DNA of 64,000 nt, taken from the NCBI GenBank assembly GCA_042090345.1, contig JBELJN010000006.1, positions 11,923-75,922 of the forward strand. The letters are read 5' to 3'. Both the position numbers and the translations under genes were made by a program. The notes under the pieces were generated by a model. It saw only the letters and a program-made list of their open reading frames with translations. It had not been told where the DNA came from and did no database searches. Positions 48,337 through 57,896 of the stretch are shown here, in pieces. Source of the DNA: Halieaceae bacterium. Lineage in GTDB: Bacteria; Pseudomonadota; Gammaproteobacteria; Pseudomonadales; Halieaceae. Position 1 is the first letter of the stretch, and each line of letters begins with the position of its first letter.

Positions 48337-50193
48337 CTAATCTGAGTCATCAAGCTCCGAGACGGCTACACCGCTCAGAGCACTCTTTATACTTCTGTCC
48401 ATCCGACGCTCGGCAAAGGTAAGAGAGGCTTGTCCCAATGTCTCGGTTCGTTGGCGAATGGCCTCAGCATCATCGCCCTCGATGATAGTAACCAGCGCTG
48501 CCGCGGTACTCTCAAGTTCGCCGCGCTCTTCAGCACTCAACAAATCACCGTCGGCTTCGAGTGCACCCGAGAGACCATGAAGCAATGATTCCGCTTCAAC
48601 TCTCGCCTCTCGCAGTTGCCGTGCCTGCATGTCTTCTGCTGCGTTTTGCTGACTTGAGCGCAACATCAGGGCGACCTCATCATCAGATAAACCAAAAGAG
48701 GGCTTCACGACCAGACTTGTCTCGGTGCGTGTTATTTCCTCGCGCGCTGAAACCTCTAAGAGTCCATCTGCATCGACTTTGAATGTCACACGGATACGTG
48801 AAGCACCAGCAACCATCGGAGGAATACCGCTCAGCTCAAATCTAGCAAGTGAACGGCAGTCTTCGACACGCTCCCGCTCACCCTGCAGCACATGGACAAC
48901 AAGACCGGTTTGCCCATCCTTTGCGGTGGTGAATTCCTGCGCTTTCGCAACCGGCAGCACCGAATTTCGAGGAATAATTTTTTCGATCAGCCCACCGTAT
49001 GTTTCCAGACCGAGTGACAAAGGGATAACGTCCAATAAGAGTGCTTCATCGCCATCACCATTGCCGACCAACACATCGGCCTGCATCGCAGCACCCAAGG
49101 CTACGACTTGATCAGGGTCCAGTGTGCACAGGGGCTCACATCCAAAAAAATCTGCGACCTCCATGCCGATAACGGGCATACGAGTCGACCCACCCACAAG
49201 CACAACCTGTGTCACATGAGCTATGCCCGCATCCGACATGGCCTGCCTACAGGCATCAAGCGTTCTCACAACGAGGCCTCGGGTAAGCGTATTAAATTCC
49301 TCTCGGCTTAAGGTCAGTTCTTCTTTGTCCGAACAAAACGATGGAGGCAAGACCGATATCGCATCAAGCTGGGTCAGTGACTCCTTAATCTCACGCGCAA
49401 TGGTCATTAACTCGCGTTGCTCAGCATAGGTTAGATGACTGAAAGACCACGCTCTAAGTAGCCAATCGACAATACATTCATCGAAGTCATCTCCGCCGAG
49501 GGCACTGTCACCACCCGTCGCAAGAACCCGTAATAGGCCGCGCTCCATACGGAGTATCGAAATGTCAAAGGTGCCACCGCCAAGATCATAAACGGCAACA
49601 ACACTCGACTCGTCGATAGACTCATCCAACCCGTAGGCAACCGCTGCCGCCGTAGGCTCATTCAACATGCGCAACACGTTTAAGCCGGCCAACTCGGCTG
49701 CCTGGCGCGTGGCCTGGCGTTGACTGTCATCAAAATAAGCAGGAACGGTTATAACGACGCCGTCGACTTCTGCCGTGGCATTTTCCTTGGCCCGTTTTGC
49801 AAGCGCGAGCAAGATCTCGCTTGAAACCTCAACAGGTGTTTTTTCGCCAAAATCCGTATCGAAGGCTAGCCGGTCTGACTCGGCCAAACCCATCGTCTGA
49901 GATACCGTAAGATCTTCGCGCGAACGTCCCATTAATCGCTTTGCCGACACGATTGTATTTTTGGGATCACTGCTTGCGGTGGCCTTGGCCTCATGTCCGA
50001 CAAGGACAACCTCACCAAAGTTCACGACCGAAGGCAGCAAAACCTCACCTGTCGCATCCTTGATAACTTCAACACCTGACTCTGTTTTTACGGCGACCAA
50101 ACTATTTGTTGTACCAAGGTCAATGCCAAGCCCTCGCTTGCGCTCTCGCTGAGACGCCTGACCACTGTCGGGTTCTGCAATTTGCAATAACAC
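48337..50193 (-). CDS. hscA: Fe-S cluster assembly chaperone HscA (Hsp70 type)
   Basis: [24 protein letters not shown] and [10 protein letters not shown] are present. Length is 618 aa. Confidence 0.95.
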   Translation of the reverse strand: MLLQIAEPDSGQASQRERKRGLGIDLGTTNSLVAVKTESGVEVIKDATGEVLLPSVVNFGEVVLVGHEAKATASSDPKNTIVSAKRLMGRSREDLTVSQTMGLAESDRLAFDTDFGEKTPVEVSSEILLALAKRAKENATAEVDGVVITVPAYFDDSQRQATRQAAELAGLNVLRMLNEPTAAAVAYGLDESIDESSVVAVYDLGGGTFDISILRMERGLLRVLATGGDSALGGDDFDECIVDWLLRAWSFSHLTYAEQRELMTIAREIKESLTQLDAISVLPPSFCSDKEELTLSREEFNTLTRGLVVRTLDACRQAMSDAGIAHVTQVVLVGGSTRMPVIGMEVADFFGCEPLCTLDPDQVVALGAAMQADVLVGNGDGDEALLLDVIPLSLGLETYGGLIEKIIPRNSVLPVAKAQEFTTAKDGQTGLVVHVLQGERERVEDCRSLARFELSGIPPMVAGASRIRVTFKVDADGLLEVSAREEITRTETSLVVKPSFGLSDDEVALMLRSSQQNAAEDMQARQLREARVEAESLLHGLSGALEADGDLLSAEERGELESTAAALVTIIEGDDAEAIRQRTETLGQASLTFAERRMDRSIKSALSGVAVSELDDSD

Positions 50194-50198
50194 GGCGG

Positions 50199-50708
50199 CT
50201 ATCCCCTTTGATCCCGCGCACGCTTCAGCTCATCACTAAGCTTCTGCTGAAAATGAAACTCCACCCATGCGGCGGAAGCTTGCGTGACATCTTCCGCCTC
50301 AAAATACGTAATGAACTTCTCCTGAGTCTGTTTGTATGCGGCATCAATATCCGCAACAAGAGCGGCGGCTAAGTCCGCGCTCAACGTCTCAAACTCCTGC
50401 ACCTTTTCTCTTAGGAGCATTTGTTCGAATAAGAATTCGGGTTCTGCCGGTTGGCGCTCCAAGACCGATAGGTCCACACCCCAGAGCTGTAATAAATGAC
50501 CAGCACGATCCACGGGGTGTTTGAGCACATTGTACGCTTCGTTGATATCGGCAGCCCGCTTGGCCGCCGCGTTCTGTTCAAAGGTAGGCGCTCCCGCAAA
50601 TCTATCCGGATGGCATATCGCCATCATTTGCTCGTACCGCTGTTCTAACATACCGAGGTCAATACTGAACGCAGGATCAAGATCAAATGACGTAAAATGA
50701 TTGGTCAC
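50199..50708 (-). CDS. hscB: Fe-S cluster co-chaperone HscB (J-domain)
   Basis: The J-domain carries HPD (ICHPDRF). Length is 169 aa and the gene sits between iscA and hscA. Confidence 0.9.
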   Translation of the reverse strand: MTNHFTSFDLDPAFSIDLGMLEQRYEQMMAICHPDRFAGAPTFEQNAAAKRAADINEAYNVLKHPVDRAGHLLQLWGVDLSVLERQPAEPEFLFEQMLLREKVQEFETLSADLAAALVADIDAAYKQTQEKFITYFEAEDVTQASAAWVEFHFQQKLSDELKRARDQRG

Positions 50709-50742
50709 AGGACCTCGCTTTAGCTCTGTCTGTCAATCTTGA

Positions 50743-51066
50743 TTAGACCGTGAAGCTCTCACCGCAACCGCACTCACCGGCAACATTGGGATTGCGAAAC
50801 TCCAACCCCTCATTGAGCCCTTCACGTGCAAAATCGACGATCGTGCCGTCTAGGTAGACCAAACTTTTGGGGTCGACAAAGACGCGCACGCCGTCGACTT
50901 CAAAGACCGAGTCACTGGGGTCTTGATCGTCCACGAACTCGAGCACATAGGCGAGCCCTGAACAACCCGAGGTCTTTACACCGATGCGAATACCCTCACC
51001 GCGTCCGCGCGCGGCAAGCTGTTTACCGACATGTTCGGCGGCAGCGGCTGTGACACTAATGGCCAT
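50743..51066 (-). CDS. iscA: Iron-sulfur cluster assembly protein IscA
   Basis: [12 protein letters not shown] and the C-terminal CGCGESF motif are present. Length is 107 aa. Confidence 0.95.
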   Translation of the reverse strand: MAISVTAAAAEHVGKQLAARGRGEGIRIGVKTSGCSGLAYVLEFVDDQDPSDSVFEVDGVRVFVDPKSLVYLDGTIVDFAREGLNEGLEFRNPNVAGECGCGESFTV

Positions 51067-51449
51067 TATTCGCCTCGCTTTTCCCGGAAGTTTTTAACCG
51101 CTGCCTTGATGGCATCCTCTGCAAGGACAGAGCAGTGAATTTTAACCGGCGGCAAGGCAAGCTCCTGAGCAATTTCAGTGTTTTTAATGGCCTCGGCTTC
51201 TTCAAGCTTTTTACCTTTTACCCACTCGGTGAGCAGCGAACTTGAGGCAATCGCGGAGCCACAGCCATAGGTCTTAAACTTGGCGTCTTCAATAACACCT
51301 TCGTCGTTGACGCGAATCTGAAGGCGCATGACGTCGCCACAGGCAGGTGCTCCCACCATACCCGTACCGACGCTATCACTATCAGCGTCGAGCTTTCCTA
51401 CATTGCGAGGATTTTCATAGTGATCAATTACTTTTTCGCTGTAAGCCAT
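51066..51449 (-). CDS. iscU: Fe-S cluster scaffold IscU
   Basis: [37 protein letters not shown] and the LPPVKIHCS motif are present. Confidence 0.95.
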   Translation of the reverse strand: MAYSEKVIDHYENPRNVGKLDADSDSVGTGMVGAPACGDVMRLQIRVNDEGVIEDAKFKTYGCGSAIASSSLLTEWVKGKKLEEAEAIKNTEIAQELALPPVKIHCSVLAEDAIKAAVKNFREKRGE

Positions 51450-51478
51450 AACCTACTCCTGTAAGCGCAAATCGCTAA

Positions 51479-52711
51479 TTAGTGCGCTGCCCATTCAATC
51501 GTGTCGAGATCAATGCCGTCTTGGTACATATCCCAAAGTGGCGAGAGCTCACGTAGTTTGTCGACGGCATGACGCACACTCTGTGCCGCCTGATCAACAT
51601 CGTCTTCTGTGGTAAATCTTCCAAAACTAAAGCGTAATGAACTGTGCGCCAGCTCATCGTTGAGGCCCAAGGCTCTCAATACATAAGAGGGTTCCAAGCT
51701 AGCTGAGGTACATGCAGAACCACTTGAGATGGCGAGGTCTTTGAGCGACATGAGCAGTGACTCCCCCTCAACAAACTCAAAACTCACATTCAGCGCACCC
51801 GGCAACCGATGATCGCGCGAACCATTAATGTGCACTTGTGGAATGTCATTGATCGCATCCCAAAATCGCTGTCGCAGCCCCATCAGGCGATCGCCCTCAG
51901 CCTGCATCTCTTCCGTCGCAATACGTGCAGCCTCGCCCAGACCCACAATTTGGTGCGTTGCTAGCGTCCCTGATCGCATCCCGCGCTCATGGCCACCACC
52001 GTGCATTTGCGCCTCGATGCGCACACGTGGTTTACGACGAACATACAGCGCACCGATGCCTTTAGGACCGTACATTTTGTGTGCTGAAATCGATAGCAGG
52101 TCGACTTTCATCGCCTCCATATCGAGCGGGAGCTTGCCAGTACTCTGAGCCGCATCCACGTGGTAAATCACACCCCGCTCACGACATACCTCACCGATTC
52201 CTGCTATGTCGTTCACCACGCCAATCTCGTTGTTGGCGTGCATGACGCTGACCACAGTCGTATCTTCGCGTAGCGCAGCCGCAATCATCTCAGGGGTGGT
52301 CAATCCGTCCTCATTTGGCTCCAAATATGTGACTTCGAAACCTTCACGCTCAAGCTGACGGCAGGTATCTAAAACCGCTTTGTGCTCGATTTTGGAGGTA
52401 ATGACGTGCTTGCCTTTACGCTGGTAAAAATGGGCCGCACCCTTGATCGCAAGATTGTCTGACTCCGTTGCTCCCGACGTCCAAACGACCTCGCGAGGAT
52501 CAGCGTTAATGAGCTCTGCCACCTGACAGCGCGCATTTTCAATCGCCTCCTCGGCTTTCCATCCGTACTGATGCGACCGAGAAGCCGGATTGCCAAACAC
52601 ACCGTCCATGGAAAGGCACCGTGTCATGGCCTCCACGACCCGAGGGTCTACGGGGGTCGTAGACAGGTAGTCTAGGTAAATGGGCACATTAATCGTTTCG
52701 GCCTTTCCCAT
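51479..52711 (-). CDS. iscS: Cysteine desulfurase IscS
   Basis: [13 protein letters not shown], the PLP region [10 protein letters not shown] and the active-site loop SSGSACTS are present. Confidence 0.95.
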   Translation of the reverse strand: MGKAETINVPIYLDYLSTTPVDPRVVEAMTRCLSMDGVFGNPASRSHQYGWKAEEAIENARCQVAELINADPREVVWTSGATESDNLAIKGAAHFYQRKGKHVITSKIEHKAVLDTCRQLEREGFEVTYLEPNEDGLTTPEMIAAALREDTTVVSVMHANNEIGVVNDIAGIGEVCRERGVIYHVDAAQSTGKLPLDMEAMKVDLLSISAHKMYGPKGIGALYVRRKPRVRIEAQMHGGGHERGMRSGTLATHQIVGLGEAARIATEEMQAEGDRLMGLRQRFWDAINDIPQVHINGSRDHRLPGALNVSFEFVEGESLLMSLKDLAISSGSACTSASLEPSYVLRALGLNDELAHSSLRFSFGRFTTEDDVDQAAQSVRHAVDKLRELSPLWDMYQDGIDLDTIEWAAH

Positions 52712-52738
52712 ATTGCTCTCTTCCTCAGACTATTGAGT

Positions 52739-53206
52739 CTATTGATCTCTAATGGTTAATGGCTGAGCGTCTACCATGCCCGCCATGTAACTGCTTGCTC
52801 TAAACCCACCGCGCTTCACGAGGTCTTCCAAGCTTATGCCGCTTAAAAAACCGTGAATTTGATCTGACAGGTCTTGCCATAGGTGATGGGTTAAACACAC
52901 CTCGCCGTGATTACAATCACCTCTACCCTGACAGTTCGTAGCATCGATAGATTCGTCAACGGCATCGATAATTTGAGCGACAAAAATAGCATCGAAATTT
53001 CTGGCGAGCTGGTAGCCGCCGCCGGGTCCTCTCACACTGCGCACTAGGTCCTCTCTGCGCAACTTAGAAAACAGTTGCTCAAGATATGACAGCGAGATCT
53101 CTTGCCGCTGAGAAATATCGGCAAGTGTGATCGGTTGCTTGTCACCATGGATCGCTAGATCAAGCATGGCTGTCACCGCGTAGCGGCCCCGAGTGGTCAG
53201 TTTCAT
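52739..53206 (-). CDS. iscR: Fe-S cluster sensing transcriptional regulator IscR (Rrf2 family)
   Basis: [18 protein letters not shown] and the cluster ligands C-x5-C-x5-C ([13 protein letters not shown]) are present. Confidence 0.95.
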   Translation of the reverse strand: MKLTTRGRYAVTAMLDLAIHGDKQPITLADISQRQEISLSYLEQLFSKLRREDLVRSVRGPGGGYQLARNFDAIFVAQIIDAVDESIDATNCQGRGDCNHGEVCLTHHLWQDLSDQIHGFLSGISLEDLVKRGGFRASSYMAGMVDAQPLTIRDQ

Positions 53207-53231
53207 GTGTTTCGCATGACGCTCTTACATA

Positions 53232-53256
53232 ATACCTGACTAGTTTAGTCAAGAAT
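53232..53256. promoter_or_regulatory. Probable type 1 IscR binding site in the iscR promoter
   Basis: ATACCTGACTAGTTTAGTCAAGAAT closely resembles the type 1 consensus ATASYYGACTRWWWYAGTCRRSTAT as I remember it. It lies 26-50 nt upstream of the iscR start. Confidence 0.5.
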
Positions 53257-53280
53257 TACCTTGGGGACCAGCTTATACGG

Positions 53281-54024
53281 TTAATTCGTGCCTTTTTGGC
53301 GAATTACCCGTCGAGTTTCCTTCAAAATACCTCGCAATATTTGGACTTCCATGTCGTCAAGGCGAACTCGGCTATACAACCGTCGAAGGCGCGTCATCAA
53401 TTGCTTGGGGGCCGCAGGGTTTAAAAACTCAAGCTCTACAAGCGTTTCTTCCAAATGCTGATAGAAGTACTCCATGTCTTTAGAGGTCGCAAAGGGGTTC
53501 TCCCAATGTGAGTCCTCGTTGGAAGGCAGCGTTCCTTCAAGTTCAGCCATACGGATCTCGTAACAGACAATTTGCACTGCCATCGACAAGTTCAGCGACT
53601 CATAGTCAGGGTGAGTCGGTATGTGACAGTGCAGGTTGCACCGACGCAACTCCTCGTTGTTTAAGCCGCTGTCTTCGCGCCCGAACAGTATTGATACCTT
53701 TTCTTGAACCGACCTCTCAACTATTCGAGCCGCCGTGAGACGCGCATCTTGAACAGGCCAGGGGATTCGGCGATCACGCGCACTGGTACCAACGACGAAC
53801 TGACTGTCACCAATCGCCTCATCAAGCGTCTCAACGACACGTGCATTATCAATAATGTCCACTGCAGATGCCGCTCGCCACTGCGCCTCGGGGTCGGGAA
53901 ATTTACGGGGTGCGACCAGAACAAGGTGGTGAAGCCCCATATTTTTCATGGCACGAGCAACCGCTCCGATGTTTCCTGGATGTGAGGGATTGACCAATAC
54001 GACCTGTATGTTTTGAGAATTCAT
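53281..54024 (-). CDS. trmJ: tRNA (cytidine/uridine-2'-O)-methyltransferase TrmJ (SPOUT)
   Basis: ATG 54024 gives MNSQNIQVVLVNPSHPGNIGAVARAMKNMG. The SPOUT C-terminal knot region NLSMAVQIVCYE is present. Confidence 0.9.
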   Translation of the reverse strand: MNSQNIQVVLVNPSHPGNIGAVARAMKNMGLHHLVLVAPRKFPDPEAQWRAASAVDIIDNARVVETLDEAIGDSQFVVGTSARDRRIPWPVQDARLTAARIVERSVQEKVSILFGREDSGLNNEELRRCNLHCHIPTHPDYESLNLSMAVQIVCYEIRMAELEGTLPSNEDSHWENPFATSKDMEYFYQHLEETLVELEFLNPAAPKQLMTRLRRLYSRVRLDDMEVQILRGILKETRRVIRQKGTN

Positions 54025-54122
54025 AGAAGTGCCTGTAATAATGCGCGGCGAGTGTATCAAAACCTGACGGCGGCGCGTGCTTCTTGATATGATCGCGCCC
54101 CCACGCAAGCCTGGACACGCTC

Positions 54123-54908
54123 ATGGAACCAATGGTCAACATCGCGCTACGCGCAGCACGAAAAGCAGGCAACCTGATCGTTCGGGCTTCTGATGACCTC
54201 ACCCGCTTGCGTTTTGAAGCAAAAGGCAAAGCAGATTTCGTGACGGAGGTCGATCTGGCTGCAGAGCGAGAGCTTTTGTACAACCTACAAAACACCTACC
54301 CAGATCATGCATTCATCTGCGAAGAGAGTGGTAGGACCGGGCCAGACGACGCGGAGTACGTGTGGGTTATTGATCCGCTGGATGGCACAAGCAACTTCAT
54401 GCGCGGCATTCCGCACTACGCGATCAGCATGGCTTGCATCAAAGCAGGGAAGCTCGAGCATGCGGTCGTCTTAGATCCGGTCAAACAAGAGGAATTCACG
54501 GCGTCACGCGGGCGCGGTGCGCAGCTAAATGGCCGTCGTATGAGAGTGTCAGATCGCACGGATATGCGCGAATGTCTTTTCGGTACCGGCACACCTTGGC
54601 TCGGAAACTGCGACGATCAAATGGATTGGTACTTAAAGGGTCTCGGGCAAGTCGCAGGAAGCTCGATGGGCGTGCGCAGGGCGGGGGCCGCGGCGCTTGA
54701 TCTTGCATACGTGGCGGCAGGCAGGCTCGATGGTTTCTGGGAAGCCGGTTTAAAGCCTTGGGATATCGCCGCAGGTGCACTGCTCATTCGTGAGTCAGGT
54801 GGACTCATTACAAACTTCCAAGGCAGCGACGACGTTTTGGGTGGCAACGGCGATATCGTCTGTGCCAACCCTAAACTACTCAAGCAACTCGCAGCTGCTA
54901 TTCGCTAA
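54123..54908 (+). CDS. suhB: Inositol monophosphatase family protein SuhB
   Basis: MVNIALRAARKAG, the metal motifs WVIDPLDGTSNF and GAAALDLAYVAAGRLDGFWE are present. Confidence 0.95.
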   Translation: MEPMVNIALRAARKAGNLIVRASDDLTRLRFEAKGKADFVTEVDLAAERELLYNLQNTYPDHAFICEESGRTGPDDAEYVWVIDPLDGTSNFMRGIPHYAISMACIKAGKLEHAVVLDPVKQEEFTASRGRGAQLNGRRMRVSDRTDMRECLFGTGTPWLGNCDDQMDWYLKGLGQVAGSSMGVRRAGAAALDLAYVAAGRLDGFWEAGLKPWDIAAGALLIRESGGLITNFQGSDDVLGGNGDIVCANPKLLKQLAAAIR

Positions 54909-54986
54909 AGCGCCCGCACTCAGACGGTAGGCACCTGAACGGGAAAACCTTGGATTCAATCCAACGACCTGGCCCAGAAAAAAGCC

Positions 54987-55901
54987 TTAAGGCGCGATTG
55001 TGTCCTGATCCTCACCCTCTTTAACCGGTATGGCAACATCTTCTTTCGTGACACCCAAGGCCAGAAGCGACGTCGAGGCGACGTAAATCGAAGAATAGGT
55101 ACCGACGGTTACGCCGACTAAAAGCGCAATAGCGAAGCCAAAGATCATATCGCCGCCTAGCAACGCGAGCGACGTAAGCACCAGCAGGGTCGTTAAAGAC
55201 GTAACCAGCGTACGCCCGAGTGTTTCGTTTAGTGATACGTCGATGACGCCCATCGGCTCCATCTTACGAATTTTCCGAAGGTTCTCGCGAATCCGGTCTG
55301 ACACAACGATGGTATCGTTGAGTGAATAGCCAATCACCGCCAGGATCGCCGCTAAAACAGAGAGGTCAAACTCTAAGCGGGTAAGCGAGAAGAACCCAAG
55401 AATGATGAGCACGTCGTGTGCTAAGGCGATGACCGCTCCCATTGCAAACTTAATTTGGAAGCGAAAACCCACGTAGATCAAAACAAGTCCAAGCGCCAGT
55501 AACATGGCGAGACCACCCTGCTCACGTAGTTCATCGCCCACCTGTGGACCGACAAACTCCATACGCTGAAGCGTTATAGACTGGGATGTGGCCTGACGCA
55601 GCACATCAACCATACGAGCGCCTTCCGCATCCGAATAACTGATGGGCAAACGCACCAAAACGTCGCGGTCCGTGCCGAAACTGACCACCAAGGCGCCGTC
55701 AAAACCACTGTTCGCTAATTCGTCTCTGATGCCCCCGAGGTCTGCACTCTGCTCGTAGTTGAGTTCGATAAGCGTTCCACCGGTGAAGTCCAAACCCCAG
55801 TTGAGCTGTTGCGTTGCTAAAGACACAACGGTTGTGAGCAGTAACGCACCTGAGATCGCTGCGGCAACAAAGCGCCCGCGCATAAAAGCAATCGATTTCA
55901 T
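54987..55901 (-). CDS. secF: Protein translocase subunit SecF
   Basis: NWGLDFTGGTLIEL and the six-TM SecF core are present. The start overlaps the secD stop (ATGA). Confidence 0.95.
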   Translation of the reverse strand: MKSIAFMRGRFVAAAISGALLLTTVVSLATQQLNWGLDFTGGTLIELNYEQSADLGGIRDELANSGFDGALVVSFGTDRDVLVRLPISYSDAEGARMVDVLRQATSQSITLQRMEFVGPQVGDELREQGGLAMLLALGLVLIYVGFRFQIKFAMGAVIALAHDVLIILGFFSLTRLEFDLSVLAAILAVIGYSLNDTIVVSDRIRENLRKIRKMEPMGVIDVSLNETLGRTLVTSLTTLLVLTSLALLGGDMIFGFAIALLVGVTVGTYSSIYVASTSLLALGVTKEDVAIPVKEGEDQDTIAP

Positions 55902-57805
55902 GCAGAAGCTCCCTCAGTTTTCAAAGTTGGTTTCGCTGTCACATGCCCGATGCTGAGCGACTGAACTCGCCTTCCGCCGTAAACCAAATTGACCAGCGCG
56001 CGGGTACCCATGATCGCGGTAAACATGGAGGTAATGATTCCCACGGACAGTGTCACTGCAAAGCCCTTAATCGGCCCAGTGCCAACCGCGTACAGAATCA
56101 CCGCAACAATAAGCGTAGTGATATTGGCATCGAGAATGGTTGTCACGGCACGCTCAAAGCCGCTATGGATAGCCAGCTGATTTGAGGTCCCTGCTGCAAG
56201 CTCCTCACGAATTCTCGCGAAAATAAGTACGTTAGCGTCCACCGCCATACCAACGGTTAACACGATACCGGCGATACCAGGGAGCGTTAACGTGGCGCCA
56301 AGCAGTGACATCACCGCCACCAATAAAATGAGATTAGCTGTGAGTGCAACAACGGCGATGACACCAAACACCCGGTAATACACAATCATAAACAGCACAA
56401 CCAGCGCGAGCCCCAATTGCAGTGACTTCACGCCAAGCTCAATATTCTCTGCGCCCAAAGACGGGCCGACTGTGCGCTCTTCAACGAAACTAATGGGCGC
56501 TGCAAGCGCACCGGCACGCAACATCAATGCAAGCTCAGAGGATTCGCCGGGGCTATCGAGTCCCGTGATTTGAAATTGTGCACCAAGAGCAGACTGAATA
56601 ACGGGCGCGGTAAGTACCCTTTTCTCGTCATAGGGCTCACGTGTGATGACCGTCTCGCCGTTCTCATCCACGTCGTACTGCGTTCGGTATTTCCGCTCAA
56701 TGAATAGAACGCCCATACGCCTTTTCACATTGGCTCTCGTGGCGCGCGACATCAACATACCGCCCTCACCATCGAGGGTAATCTGAACATTTGGCTGGCC
56801 GTTTTGGTCAAAGCTTGCTGCCGCATTGGACACGCGCTCACCCGTAATAATGATGTCGCGCTCTAACCACTCAGTCATGCCCTGCCGAGTCTCACCCCGG
56901 TATTCAAATTTTTGCCTCTCCGAGAGTGGCGCGTTGGTCTCGGCGACAAGTCGAAACTCGAGATTCGCCACCTTCCCAAGGATTCGTTTTGCCTCCGCTG
57001 TGTCCTGAATACCCGGAAGCTCAACAACAATTCGGTTCGTGCCTTGGCGCTGTACCAGAGGCTCTGACACACCGAGTTCATTCACCCGGTTTCGTAGCGT
57101 CGTAAGGTTTTGCGCTACCGCATATTCCACTGTTTCGGCAATAGTGGTGTCAGTCACCTCGGCAAACAGTTGTGGGCCTGTCTCGTCGACACGGTCCAAC
57201 AAAAGCTCAGGATAGAGATCGCGAATCTCCGATCGCGCACGCTCCCGATCCTCAACCGACCTGAACGTTATACCAACCCGAGTACCTTCCAACGCAACGC
57301 GACCGCGAATACGTTCCTCACGCAAACGCCGCTTGATGCCGTTTTCGTATTGCTCAAGCTTCCTAGCCGTTGCTGCATCGACATCGACCTCGAGTTTGAA
57401 GTGGACGCCTCCACTCAAATCAAGGCCCAGCTTCATTGGCTGTGCCGCACCGCGAACCAACCAATCAGGGGTTGTCGGCGCCAAGTTCAGAGCAACGATA
57501 TACCCGTCACCTAATGCACGCTGCAGCGTCGCTTGCGCTCTTAACTGCTGATCGCGTCCTTCGAGTCTGATAAGACCCGTTTTACCTGACTGTTGAATTT
57601 CCTGACCAAAATGGCCAATACCCGCGTCGTTCAAGGCTGAACTCGCGCGCGCTAAAACAACGTCATCAACACCCTGCGATCCGCTTGACCCACCGATCTG
57701 CAAGGCAGGGTCAGGTGCATAAATATTGGGGGCCGCATAATAAAAGCCCATAGCGACGACAGACGCTATGAGAAGATTTTTCCACAAGGAATAACGATTC
57801 AGCAT
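55898..57805 (-). CDS. secD: Protein translocase subunit SecD
   Basis: MLNRYSLWKNLLI, a large periplasmic domain with LGLDLSGGVHF, and a C-terminal six-TM region are present. Confidence 0.95.
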   Translation of the reverse strand: MLNRYSLWKNLLIASVVAMGFYYAAPNIYAPDPALQIGGSSGSQGVDDVVLARASSALNDAGIGHFGQEIQQSGKTGLIRLEGRDQQLRAQATLQRALGDGYIVALNLAPTTPDWLVRGAAQPMKLGLDLSGGVHFKLEVDVDAATARKLEQYENGIKRRLREERIRGRVALEGTRVGITFRSVEDRERARSEIRDLYPELLLDRVDETGPQLFAEVTDTTIAETVEYAVAQNLTTLRNRVNELGVSEPLVQRQGTNRIVVELPGIQDTAEAKRILGKVANLEFRLVAETNAPLSERQKFEYRGETRQGMTEWLERDIIITGERVSNAAASFDQNGQPNVQITLDGEGGMLMSRATRANVKRRMGVLFIERKYRTQYDVDENGETVITREPYDEKRVLTAPVIQSALGAQFQITGLDSPGESSELALMLRAGALAAPISFVEERTVGPSLGAENIELGVKSLQLGLALVVLFMIVYYRVFGVIAVVALTANLILLVAVMSLLGATLTLPGIAGIVLTVGMAVDANVLIFARIREELAAGTSNQLAIHSGFERAVTTILDANITTLIVAVILYAVGTGPIKGFAVTLSVGIITSMFTAIMGTRALVNLVYGGRRVQSLSIGHVTAKPTLKTEGASA

Positions 57806-57896
57806 TGATGCTCCATATCACCCAGCTTTTTAGCCGCACGGGTAAGCGGCGCGAAGTTTAGCGCGTGGCGCCGGTTTCTGCTAATGAAAGCCATGC

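Noticed and set aside
57806-57896. A possible small yajC-like gene or terminator between purL and secD.
   Set aside because: The gap is only 91 bp, which is too short for yajC (about 110 aa). It contains only weak 5-bp stems and no U-tract.
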